DNA of 64,000 bases from the IMG/VR virus record IMGVR_UViG_3300008954_002609, positions 1-64,000 of that record; one strand, given 5' to 3'. This document shows, piece by piece, positions 17,319-25,564 of the stretch. The stretch is from a virus. Position numbers and translations under genes: made by a program. The notes beneath the pieces are model-generated. The model was given only the letters and a program-made list of their open reading frames with translations, made no database searches and was not told the DNA's origin. The first letter of the stretch is position 1. Each line of letters opens with the position of its first letter.

Positions 17319-17726
17319 TCATTTTATAATTGCCATAGTATTCTCATCAGGACGCCACCCAGACTTCCACCGTTCTTCTCTGCCCTCTACATACTGGATG
17401 TAACAACCAAAGCAACACTGAAACTTGTTCATGTAGAGGTCGTCTTTCCTATCAAAGGAATATACGTCACATACTGGACAGTCACGGTCAACTTTTCTTT
17501 CTAAGAATTTCTTAGAAACGAACATGTCTCCTATCATTTCCTTTTCGTCGTTCCTGTTTTCGTTTTCTCTCTTGTAGAAGTCTTTCAAGTCCTGTAGATA
17601 TTTCTGTTCTTTTTCTTTTGTCCACAAGCTCTTTGGATTCTTTATTGCCTCGGCACCATACTTTTCGGCTATAGCTTTCTCCAGTTTTGCAATATAATTG
17701 TAGTCCTTGTTGTCTTTACTCACCAA
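17319..17726 (-). CDS. Hypothetical Cys-rich (probable Zn-binding) protein
   Basis: CPVC ... CCFGC. Confidence 0.75.
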   Translation of the reverse strand: MVSKDNKDYNYIAKLEKAIAEKYGAEAIKNPKSLWTKEKEQKYLQDLKDFYKRENENRNDEKEMIGDMFVSKKFLERKVDRDCPVCDVYSFDRKDDLYMNKFQCCFGCYIQYVEGREERWKSGWRPDENTMAIIK

Positions 17727-17736
17727 ATTACTCCCC

Positions 17737-18255
17737 TCACTTTACCAAAGTCACAATCAACAACGTGGTGGCGACTCCAGTTATGACCCCTCCAGTTGCC
17801 CACCAGACGCTGTAGTCGTTGGGTCGGTCAAGAGCTGCCTGGGTTAGCTTCTCTATTTCCCTGTCCTTTATGGTGTTTATTTCGTTGTGCTGAGTTATCA
17901 ATGTATCCACCCTTAGCTTCAGTTTGTCGATCTCAAACTTGTGCTTGACCTTCAGCTTCTCGATCTCATACATCAATTTGAGTTCGCACTTAGCCCTCTC
18001 TCTAGCTGGCGCAGTAATAAGGACGGCGTTTGCACCGTCGTCATAACACCAGGCGGCGAGAGCACCCCCAAGTCCAATCTGTTCTAGTAAAACATTATCA
18101 TCAATACGAGAAAATGATACAGGAGGGAGTTGTATGTCGTTTATGATAGGGTCCGCAGCGGCGGGTAGGGGCAAACTGAGAGTTGCACACAATATGAGAA
18201 GCCTAGTCCACAAATTTGAATCCAAATTCCTTCTCAATTCTTTTCCTAATTTCAT
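17737..18255 (-). CDS. Exported/membrane protein with a signal-like segment, coiled coil and C-terminal TM helix (spanin-like?); true start probably near 18213
   Basis: 'WTRLLILCATLSLPLPAAA|DP' followed by C-terminal 'VWWATGGVITGVATTLLIVTLVK'. Confidence 0.55.
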   Translation of the reverse strand: MKLGKELRRNLDSNLWTRLLILCATLSLPLPAAADPIINDIQLPPVSFSRIDDNVLLEQIGLGGALAAWCYDDGANAVLITAPARERAKCELKLMYEIEKLKVKHKFEIDKLKLRVDTLITQHNEINTIKDREIEKLTQAALDRPNDYSVWWATGGVITGVATTLLIVTLVK

Positions 18256-18595
18256 CAGGGTTTCCTTTCGACTTTATAATTAATTCTTTTATTTCATTTT
18301 TTTGAATTTCAGAAAGCTCTTTTTCCTTTTCCTTGAAATCCTTCTCTACTCTTTGCAGAGATTTTTCATATTCCTCGATTAAGTCATCTCTCTTTAGTAT
18401 CTCATCGTTGTGAGTTTCTTTTAACACCTGTATTTGCTTTTCATAAGATTCTCTCTTTGCCGCAATAACTTCACTCATTGCGTCCGTATTCCTTCTGGAC
18501 AATATCCAAATGAGTATTGACCACACTACCAAAAAAGGTATCTGCCAATGATTCTTCAACCAAACCCACGCCTTCTTTAACGTGACGACCCACAT
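18203..18595 (-). CDS. N-terminal TM plus coiled-coil protein (i-spanin-like); start revised to MWVVTLKK
   Basis: TGATG overlap with the upstream stop. 'WQIPFLVVWSILIWIL' is followed by a long charged coiled coil. Confidence 0.55.
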   Translation of the reverse strand: MWVVTLKKAWVWLKNHWQIPFLVVWSILIWILSRRNTDAMSEVIAAKRESYEKQIQVLKETHNDEILKRDDLIEEYEKSLQRVEKDFKEKEKELSEIQKNEIKELIIKSKGNPDEIRKRIEKEFGFKFVD

Positions 18596-18801
18596 CAAGA
18601 GCTTTTCTCCCCGTGCTTCCATTGCACAGCCATATCCACAAGAGCTTGTGTGCCGATATATGCCAAAGTGATAGCTGTCCAGTTATCGCTTGTGACCATC
18701 CCGAACCAACACAAAGCCGTGGCGGTTACCCACGCTAAAAACTTTCTTGATATAAACCTTTCTACATATTTGTCTGCAAATGCCTTGAATCTCGCCACCA
18801 T
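18595..18801 (-). CDS. Small two-TM holin-like protein
   Basis: 68 aa. 'SRKFLAWVTATALCWFG...WTAITLAYIGTQALVD'. Confidence 0.55.
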   Translation of the reverse strand: MVARFKAFADKYVERFISRKFLAWVTATALCWFGMVTSDNWTAITLAYIGTQALVDMAVQWKHGEKSS

Positions 18802-18810
18802 GAAACCCCC

Positions 18811-21800
18811 CTATATATTAACGTGTGCAAAGCCAGACTTCCTCTCAATGCTGATCTGCATATCCACGCAATCCTTTAAAGTATCTAGATGTGAAATAAG
18901 AATTACCGTCTTAAAATATCCCTTAACCATGTCCAGGATTCTAACAAATCCTTCCATATTTTCCTCATCCAAGGCAGTTCCGGGCTCATCCAAAATGAAC
19001 AAGTCCGACTTCGGCAGGCTTGATACTGTCAAAAAGGCCAATCGAAGAGCCATCGAGGCTATCGTCTTCTCTGCTCCAGATCCCATCTCCAGGGGTCTAG
19101 GGTCGTGCTTTGGATGCTTAATAAAGATATCCAATTTTTTATCACTGTTCTGAATAAAGATTTCAAAGTCCACTATGTTGGTAAGGATCTTCGCAATCTC
19201 CTGGTTAATTATTGGCAATCTCTCCTTTATGATATTATAGGAAATGCCGTTAGGGTGAGCACAAGACATCAATAAGTCATATGCTGCGAAGTCCGTTGCT
19301 AAAGTCTTGTATTCCCCCTGCTGCTCCTTCAGGGACTTAAGCTTTTCTTCCATGGATCCGTATGACTTGTGAAAAGACAACATGTCTTCGTGACACTGAT
19401 CATACTCCTTTTGTTTTATTTGGTGGATCTTTTCACACTCTCTCCTGTGACCCAACAGAGACTCTAGGTTTTCAATCGCCTCTCTGTTGCTCTCGTACTC
19501 TTGTTCTTTTGCCGACAAATCCTTCAGTACGTGCTTAGATCTAAGAATCTCCGTCTTGTTCTTCTCTAGAGATATCTGCATCTCTGCCATGGAATTGGCT
19601 ACTGTGTTCTTCTTGTCCAGAAGTCTATTATATTTTTCAATGTATTCATCAATTTTCTGCTGCTCTTCAGATTTGAGACCGCTTCCTACATTGTTTATCT
19701 CTGTGCTGATGGCAGACATGTTCGCTTCTTTTTCTTTGATTACGGAGCCCAAAATCTCGGAACAACCACTGCACATCATATCTCCTTTTCTGACTAATTT
19801 TGTCTTCTCTTCGGAGATCCATTTCATCTGAGATAAGAGAAACTCTAACCGATCCTTGTTTTCTATGATCTTTTCTCTCTTTTCTTGATAAGAGCCAATG
19901 TCAAATTCTCCCAAAAAATCCTCTATTTTGGAATAGAGCGCCTGGCTCTCTCGCAATTCATTTTGCGTAGAATCATTTTTATCCGAGAGGTGCTCGACTT
20001 TATTTTCCTCTCTGGAAATCTTTTTTCTTAGCGATTTTATGTCAATGATTTCTGTCGGAACAGAGTCTATCTTTTCTTGCACCTCGCTCATCTCCAGGGA
20101 GATTTCTTGAATATCCTCTTTTAGAGTTTCGCAAATGGCTTTGTTCCTCACAATAGCTATTTCACTTTCTGTGATCTTCTTCTTCGCTTCCTCTATCATG
20201 GAATCGTAGTCCACATCTTCAAGCTTCTTTAATGCGCCCTTAGTTAGAGAACTATCCTCTTTTGCCATCTTGAACTTTTTGTCAAAAATCTCTAGATCTA
20301 GAAACTTTGCCAATATTTCTTTTCTCTTTGTAGATCCCTCATTTACGAAAGACAGAGAATCAAGCTGACTTGCCATAGAAGTTGATAGAAAATCATCTAG
20401 TGTGCCAAAGTACTTTCTGATGTTTCTGTCAGTGTCTTGTCTTGAGGTTCCGTTTAGACTTGTCCTGTTCCCAAGCAAATCTACAGTTTCAAAATCTAGG
20501 TCTGTTTTTGCCTCAAGTGTCTCTTCTCCCTTTAGCTTCTTTACATACTTTTCAGCACGTCTATCAATCAAATATGTCTTATCATCAACGCCAACAATCG
20601 CCCTTACCGAACACTTATCCTCGTTTTGGTTGATGACGTTCAAGTTCCTTCTTACGGATTTTGACGTAGAGTTATACAAAGAAAATAACAAAGAGTCCAC
20701 GACAGAGGACTTGCCGGAGAAATTCTTTCCGAAAATACCTACGATGCCTTCTAGTTTGGCAAAATCAATTCTATTTCCCTCTCCGTAATTGAACATATTG
20801 TCCCACTCTAGAGATTTGAGGCTCCAACTTATATTCCTATATGTGTCCTCTTTTTGCTCAATAGCCTTATTGTACCTTGAGTTCAGGTCCAATACGCGCT
20901 TCATTACATCGTCAGATACTTGAAAATCCTTTAAATAGCCTTTTATTAAATCCTCTTGTGTCTTTAGGTCTCTTAGATCTTTTTGTTCGAACCCATCCCC
21001 AGAATCTAAGGTTATCTTTTTTGTAGCTGCGCGATTCAAATAGGTAACAGACTCTGGATCGTGCCTGTACTTGATTATCTCTACTGCATGGCGCATCTTA
21101 TCTAGAGAAATACTACTATCAGATACAAGCCTCAACCTCGCACCCTTCGGAACACTTATATCGTCTGGTAGGTCTCCCTTGTTGGTGAGGGGGATTGTGA
21201 TAAATGGTTTTGGATTATCGAAAGTGATTAACTTATTGGTAAACTCATCTTTGCTCTCAATATCCCACAGTAAATAACCCTTATCTAGTGATTCTCCGAA
21301 GTTCTGCTGAACAGTTGAGCCCGCATACCAGATACGGCCGTCCTTGTCGAGAGGTTGAGTCTTATGTATATCTCCCAAAAAGGCAAAATCAAACTCACTG
21401 AAGATCTCAATGTCGTGGTCGCCGCCGAGGGTCCAGTTTAAGTCGGTCTTAGATTTATCGATGGCTCCATGATAGAGGGCTATATTTATCTTGTCTGGAT
21501 CTGTTGGGTCGACCCAGTTCTCTTCGTCAAACACAGATAACACATTAAGGCAAAACTTGTCGTCAAGATGCACCTCTCCTGCGTTCTTAATTAAATGTAA
21601 GTTAGGGGAACCAATTGCTTTAACAATTGGACTCAGGGCGTCTTGGCGGTTGTGGTTACGCAAATTGCCATCATGATTTCCTAAAATTATATATGTTGGG
21701 GCAATATTGCTAAGATTTTCGAAAAAATCTCGTGCCATGTCTACAAACTCTGGTGAAATTTGTGTCTTAGTGTGTGCGATGTCCCCGCAGTGAATAATAT

Positions 21801-21912
21801 AATCCACGTTACTATCAATCAGTGATCGATAGAGCTGATCAAAAACCTCTCTATATTCAAAATGATATTTAAGATTTCTAATGTGGGTGTCCGCAATATG
21901 CGCGAATCTCAT
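18811..21912 (-). CDS. Fused SbcD/Mre11 nuclease - SbcC/Rad50 ATPase (gp47-gp46 equivalent)
   Basis: Phosphoesterase motifs DTH, GD, GNHD and GDIH. Then Walker A GKNFSGKS, coiled coil with central CSGC, signature MGSGAE, Walker B LFILDEP and H-loop ISH, all in one ORF. Confidence 0.93.
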   Translation of the reverse strand: MRFAHIADTHIRNLKYHFEYREVFDQLYRSLIDSNVDYIIHCGDIAHTKTQISPEFVDMARDFFENLSNIAPTYIILGNHDGNLRNHNRQDALSPIVKAIGSPNLHLIKNAGEVHLDDKFCLNVLSVFDEENWVDPTDPDKINIALYHGAIDKSKTDLNWTLGGDHDIEIFSEFDFAFLGDIHKTQPLDKDGRIWYAGSTVQQNFGESLDKGYLLWDIESKDEFTNKLITFDNPKPFITIPLTNKGDLPDDISVPKGARLRLVSDSSISLDKMRHAVEIIKYRHDPESVTYLNRAATKKITLDSGDGFEQKDLRDLKTQEDLIKGYLKDFQVSDDVMKRVLDLNSRYNKAIEQKEDTYRNISWSLKSLEWDNMFNYGEGNRIDFAKLEGIVGIFGKNFSGKSSVVDSLLFSLYNSTSKSVRRNLNVINQNEDKCSVRAIVGVDDKTYLIDRRAEKYVKKLKGEETLEAKTDLDFETVDLLGNRTSLNGTSRQDTDRNIRKYFGTLDDFLSTSMASQLDSLSFVNEGSTKRKEILAKFLDLEIFDKKFKMAKEDSSLTKGALKKLEDVDYDSMIEEAKKKITESEIAIVRNKAICETLKEDIQEISLEMSEVQEKIDSVPTEIIDIKSLRKKISREENKVEHLSDKNDSTQNELRESQALYSKIEDFLGEFDIGSYQEKREKIIENKDRLEFLLSQMKWISEEKTKLVRKGDMMCSGCSEILGSVIKEKEANMSAISTEINNVGSGLKSEEQQKIDEYIEKYNRLLDKKNTVANSMAEMQISLEKNKTEILRSKHVLKDLSAKEQEYESNREAIENLESLLGHRRECEKIHQIKQKEYDQCHEDMLSFHKSYGSMEEKLKSLKEQQGEYKTLATDFAAYDLLMSCAHPNGISYNIIKERLPIINQEIAKILTNIVDFEIFIQNSDKKLDIFIKHPKHDPRPLEMGSGAEKTIASMALRLAFLTVSSLPKSDLFILDEPGTALDEENMEGFVRILDMVKGYFKTVILISHLDTLKDCVDMQISIERKSGFAHVNI

Positions 21913-21944
21913 GTATCCTCCATTTATCTAGATTATATTATAGT

Positions 21945-21973
21945 ATTATATTACAATCTGATAAAGGAGTCAA
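21945..21973 (-). promoter_or_regulatory. Sigma70-type promoter TTGACT-N17-TATAAT
   Basis: Read directly on the minus strand. Followed by further TATAAT copies and a GGAGG SD for the SbcCD fusion. Confidence 0.8.
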
Positions 21974-22161
21974 GTACTTTCTTCGTTTAAGAACTTTACG
22001 AATTTTGTCAAAAAAGCTTGTCTGTCGTTTATGGACAAGTCCTTGAACTCTAGGATTAGTTTTTCTGCTATGTCGTTACCCAAAGTAGAAGAATCTGCTA
22101 CAGTCATTCTCTCTACTTCTTCGCGAATAATTTGCTTTATCTTCTTTCTAGTGATTTCCAT
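21970..22161 (-). CDS. Small hypothetical protein with an N-terminal 'ITRKKIKQIIREE' motif
   Basis: GGGAG SD. Fills the gap between primase and SbcCD. Confidence 0.7.
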   Translation of the reverse strand: MEITRKKIKQIIREEVERMTVADSSTLGNDIAEKLILEFKDLSINDRQAFLTKFVKFLNEEST

Positions 22162-22174
22162 GTGGATGATCTCC

Positions 22175-23101
22175 CTAAAACCTCAAACACTGATATAAGT
22201 AGTCTGTCGAATCAATAATGGTCGCTTCTTTCTTTCTTGTCTCAAATTCAGACCTGGACATACTGCCCACATCCTCATACGGTGAGACGTCTACCTTATA
22301 TACAGTTATATCATATTCTAGAAGCAAATTTATTATTCTTTTCTCTTTTTCGAATGCGTCTGGGTCCAAAGCCATGTATATGGTTGCTTTTTCTTTAATA
22401 ATTTTTTGAAATAATTCAGAACCCTCTCTAAGGAAAGACCCCAAAATAGGAACCGCGTTGCCTGCGACGATGGCGTCGAACACGCCCTCGACCAAAACTA
22501 CGGGCTTGTCCCAGTCAGTATATAAATCATTAAATACTATGTCCCTACTTGATGGAGGATTCTTATATTTTGGAAATTGATTACCATACGATCTTGCTAT
22601 GAAATAGTTTAAGTCTCCATGATTATCAAAAGAAGGTACACATATTCTTCCAGCATATTCACCTTCGTCGCAAAACCCTATCTTCCATCTCAGGATATCT
22701 TCCTTCGTTACGCCCCTCTTCCTCAAGTACGACCTAGCATGGCGAGCACTTAGGGGTCCTGAATTTCCCGTCAAAGTCTTGAAAGACTCTGGCAAGTTAA
22801 CAACTTCTGGAACCTTTGGTTCCTTTGTCTTGAAAAGGTCGTCGAAAGTAGTTATATCTACTGTTCCATCTAGGTCAGACCATCTCTTGTGTTCAGAATA
22901 TGGAGCATATCTCTTTAAGAGTTTTACAATCTTTAATCCGGAATATCCGCAAACCCAACATTTGAACACTCCTTTTTCGATATTTATAGATAGTTTTCTT
23001 TTGTCGTGGTCGCATTTGGGGCACTTAAATAGATATTCTTCTCCCGACTGGTAAGATCTGCCGAGGACCCCTTCTAGGATTTCAAGTTTTTCTCCTGCCA
23101 T
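22175..23101 (-). CDS. DNA primase (DnaG/T4 gp61-like)
   Basis: Zn finger CPKC...CWVC. TOPRIM motifs 'VLVEGVFDA' and 'LDPDA'. 'KYKNP'. Confidence 0.9.
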   Translation of the reverse strand: MAGEKLEILEGVLGRSYQSGEEYLFKCPKCDHDKRKLSINIEKGVFKCWVCGYSGLKIVKLLKRYAPYSEHKRWSDLDGTVDITTFDDLFKTKEPKVPEVVNLPESFKTLTGNSGPLSARHARSYLRKRGVTKEDILRWKIGFCDEGEYAGRICVPSFDNHGDLNYFIARSYGNQFPKYKNPPSSRDIVFNDLYTDWDKPVVLVEGVFDAIVAGNAVPILGSFLREGSELFQKIIKEKATIYMALDPDAFEKEKRIINLLLEYDITVYKVDVSPYEDVGSMSRSEFETRKKEATIIDSTDYLYQCLRF

Positions 23102-23613
23102 TTAATCAACCCTGCCTTTGCTATAACCCAGCTATCCGCACGATCTGTTACACCGGGTTTAGGATTGCCAAACTTTGTATATTCTACCTCGAAAGACGGG
23201 TTCTTGTCAAGAACAAAATCCAAAACAACTTCCTTTGCCTTTGTTCCTCGTGGAACAGTGATGCCGCAGGTCTTTCTCGCTTCGGATGCGGATATATAAT
23301 TCGGCTTCTTTCCAAGCATTCTGAACGCTGTCCACGAAACCATGCCATTAAAGCTTTGTAATATTGACATCGTCTTCGCAGATGATCCTCCGGAATTAAA
23401 AAATTTAAATGGCTCTTCTATGTAGATCTCTTGTATCTTGTGTTTTAGGGCTATCCCCAAAAGCCAAAGTCGGACGCCTTCGGCCTTGTCAAATAAGTCT
23501 TTGAAATGCTTTTTGTTCCTCATGTCCCACGATTCACACGCGACAATATTACCATCCATGTCGAGAATGGTCGCTCCTGTAATACTTGTTGAAATGTCTA
23601 GTCCTAAAATCAT
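23074..23613 (-). CDS. RuvC-like Holliday junction resolvase
   Basis: 'MILGLDISTSITG', 'IYIEEP' and 'DRADS' acidic catalytic pattern. Confidence 0.85.
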   Translation of the reverse strand: MILGLDISTSITGATILDMDGNIVACESWDMRNKKHFKDLFDKAEGVRLWLLGIALKHKIQEIYIEEPFKFFNSGGSSAKTMSILQSFNGMVSWTAFRMLGKKPNYISASEARKTCGITVPRGTKAKEVVLDFVLDKNPSFEVEYTKFGNPKPGVTDRADSWVIAKAGLIKWQEKNLKS

Positions 23614-24287
23614 TTAAAAGTCTGGTAAACGTATTGCATATATCTTATCAAAATTGCCTCTTTTCGTTCCTCATTTTCTGTGTGATACCACTGCCAGGCG
23701 GTAGTATCTTTTACCATTTTAATCGCTTGTTTGAGATTTTTTATATTTTTTTTTAATATTTGTATGTGTTCTTTTTCTGGGTCCGGTGGGCTGATGTTCA
23801 AGTCTTCTGCTATTTCCAACAAATCTGACAAGTCTGCATTCTCTGAAGCCTGTTGTGCTCTCCTGAACAACTCCTCCTTCTTTTGTGCCTCTTCACTAGA
23901 TACCCCTATAAGCGCATCTGGGTGGGACTCTCTTGCTATAGCCCTGTATAGCTTCTTAACACTCTTAGAGTCGGGATTCTTCTTCTTTATCTTCTTTGTG
24001 GGTAGCTCTTCTTCCTTTTCTTTTTTATTTTTTTGTTTTGCTCTTTTGCCGGCTTTACTCAGGTTTGATTTCTTTTTTGGCTCGTCCTCTTTTTTAGTCT
24101 TATTCATGGCTCCCTGGAGAACTTCTTGTTCATCAATTGGACAAGTCTCGCAAACTTTGTTGTAGGCTTCAGCAAAATCTAGCTGCGCGTCTTCGAAGAT
24201 CTCTTCATCCATAATGAGTTCCGCTTTAAGGAATTTCGCCTCCAAGACAAGCATGTTGTAAAGCTTTTTATCTCTACTGACTAACAT
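23610..24287 (-). CDS. J-domain (DnaJ-like) protein
   Basis: 'VKKLYRAIARESHPD...KEELFRRAQQA' with an intact HPD motif. Confidence 0.8.
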   Translation of the reverse strand: MLVSRDKKLYNMLVLEAKFLKAELIMDEEIFEDAQLDFAEAYNKVCETCPIDEQEVLQGAMNKTKKEDEPKKKSNLSKAGKRAKQKNKKEKEEELPTKKIKKKNPDSKSVKKLYRAIARESHPDALIGVSSEEAQKKEELFRRAQQASENADLSDLLEIAEDLNISPPDPEKEHIQILKKNIKNLKQAIKMVKDTTAWQWYHTENEERKEAILIRYMQYVYQTFK

Positions 24288-24290
24288 GAT

Positions 24291-25556
24291 CTAGAAATCC
24301 AACTTTATCTTGAATGTATAGTCCCTGTCCTCTGTTTTCCTTACCGGATTTGCGAGTTTCGCGATTGCTATAAGATTTCTATTTTTATCATATATGCCTA
24401 TTTTCGATATGTATGTTTGCTTACTAAAGGATCCCGTAGGATCAGAATATGGAGTATATTGCAGATTCTTTACCTTCAAACCTTTATGCTCTTTGAACGT
24501 AAAACTCGAAGTGTGAGGCAAAGATAATTGCCCTTTTTCTAGAAAAGTCGGGTTTGTTGAGTTGTTGACCTCTCCCTTACGGGCGTGAGCCAGCATAGTC
24601 ACGGTTGGAACATAGTTGATCCCCTCGAAACTAACAACAAATGTCGAACCCGTGAGTACTCCAGCAGCGGTGCCGTCGTTCGCGCCGCGTCCAAAATATT
24701 TCCACTTTGGAGTATATGTATCATTGCCAATGTATTTGTCGGTAAACGCATCGTTAATATCCCAGGCTCCAGTCAATGCCAAGAAACCTTCATTATACAG
24801 GACCACGCCGCCGACCTTTCCGTCGTCGGTGGCAGCATTGTATGTACCAGAGACCTGTATCAACTCTCCGTTCCTCTTTGTATCTCTTAGTTCCGCTGCC
24901 AAAGTTCCAGTTATATAAAACTGTAACGCTACTGATCCCTTCTTTATGGAGGATCCATAAAATATAGATGGTATCTCTATCAGCGACATCTCTTGGAGGC
25001 TCTTATCCCACTGGATACCTGGCATGTTTGTGGACGCACTGTTAAATGCATAGTGTTTGCTGATGTGCGCATACTTATCAAACGAATTCTTCAAAGAATT
25101 TATGTACTTCTTGTTTCCAGTTATCGTCTTGAACGATCCGTTGTTCTCCACCACGTCTATAATTGTTGTTGAGGTTTCGGATAATTTAATTGTCTTAATA
25201 CTTGACGTTAGTGGGTATTTTCCCTTTATCGTGTCGCCATGCGAAAACTGGGTTGCACTATCAAACTCTGTCGTACTTATCGTTTTAAACGCCGTTCTAG
25301 ACCCCTCTTTGGTTACAAAAGGATAAATTGATCCACTTCCTGGGGGCAGGTCAGACTGGTCTATCGCTCTATCGACATTTAACTCATATAGGCTCAAAAA
25401 GCCTTGTGGGGTGGCATTCGTATTATTAAAGTTTGCTTTAGAGTTCTTAACGCCGTTTATGTAAACTTTTGAATCAAAGATTACGAATTGTTGTTGGGGG
25501 AAGGTCTTTATCCTATTGTAGAACAAATCTCCCGAATTGAATGTATAATACGGCAT
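24291..25556 (-). CDS. Baseplate/tail structural protein with a C-terminal tail-collar-like segment
   Basis: Ends 'YISKIGIYDKNRNLIAIAKLANPVRK....YTFKIKLDF'. Paralogous to the next gene. Confidence 0.65.
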   Translation of the reverse strand: MPYYTFNSGDLFYNRIKTFPQQQFVIFDSKVYINGVKNSKANFNNTNATPQGFLSLYELNVDRAIDQSDLPPGSGSIYPFVTKEGSRTAFKTISTTEFDSATQFSHGDTIKGKYPLTSSIKTIKLSETSTTIIDVVENNGSFKTITGNKKYINSLKNSFDKYAHISKHYAFNSASTNMPGIQWDKSLQEMSLIEIPSIFYGSSIKKGSVALQFYITGTLAAELRDTKRNGELIQVSGTYNAATDDGKVGGVVLYNEGFLALTGAWDINDAFTDKYIGNDTYTPKWKYFGRGANDGTAAGVLTGSTFVVSFEGINYVPTVTMLAHARKGEVNNSTNPTFLEKGQLSLPHTSSFTFKEHKGLKVKNLQYTPYSDPTGSFSKQTYISKIGIYDKNRNLIAIAKLANPVRKTEDRDYTFKIKLDF

Positions 25557-25564
25557 AACACTTC

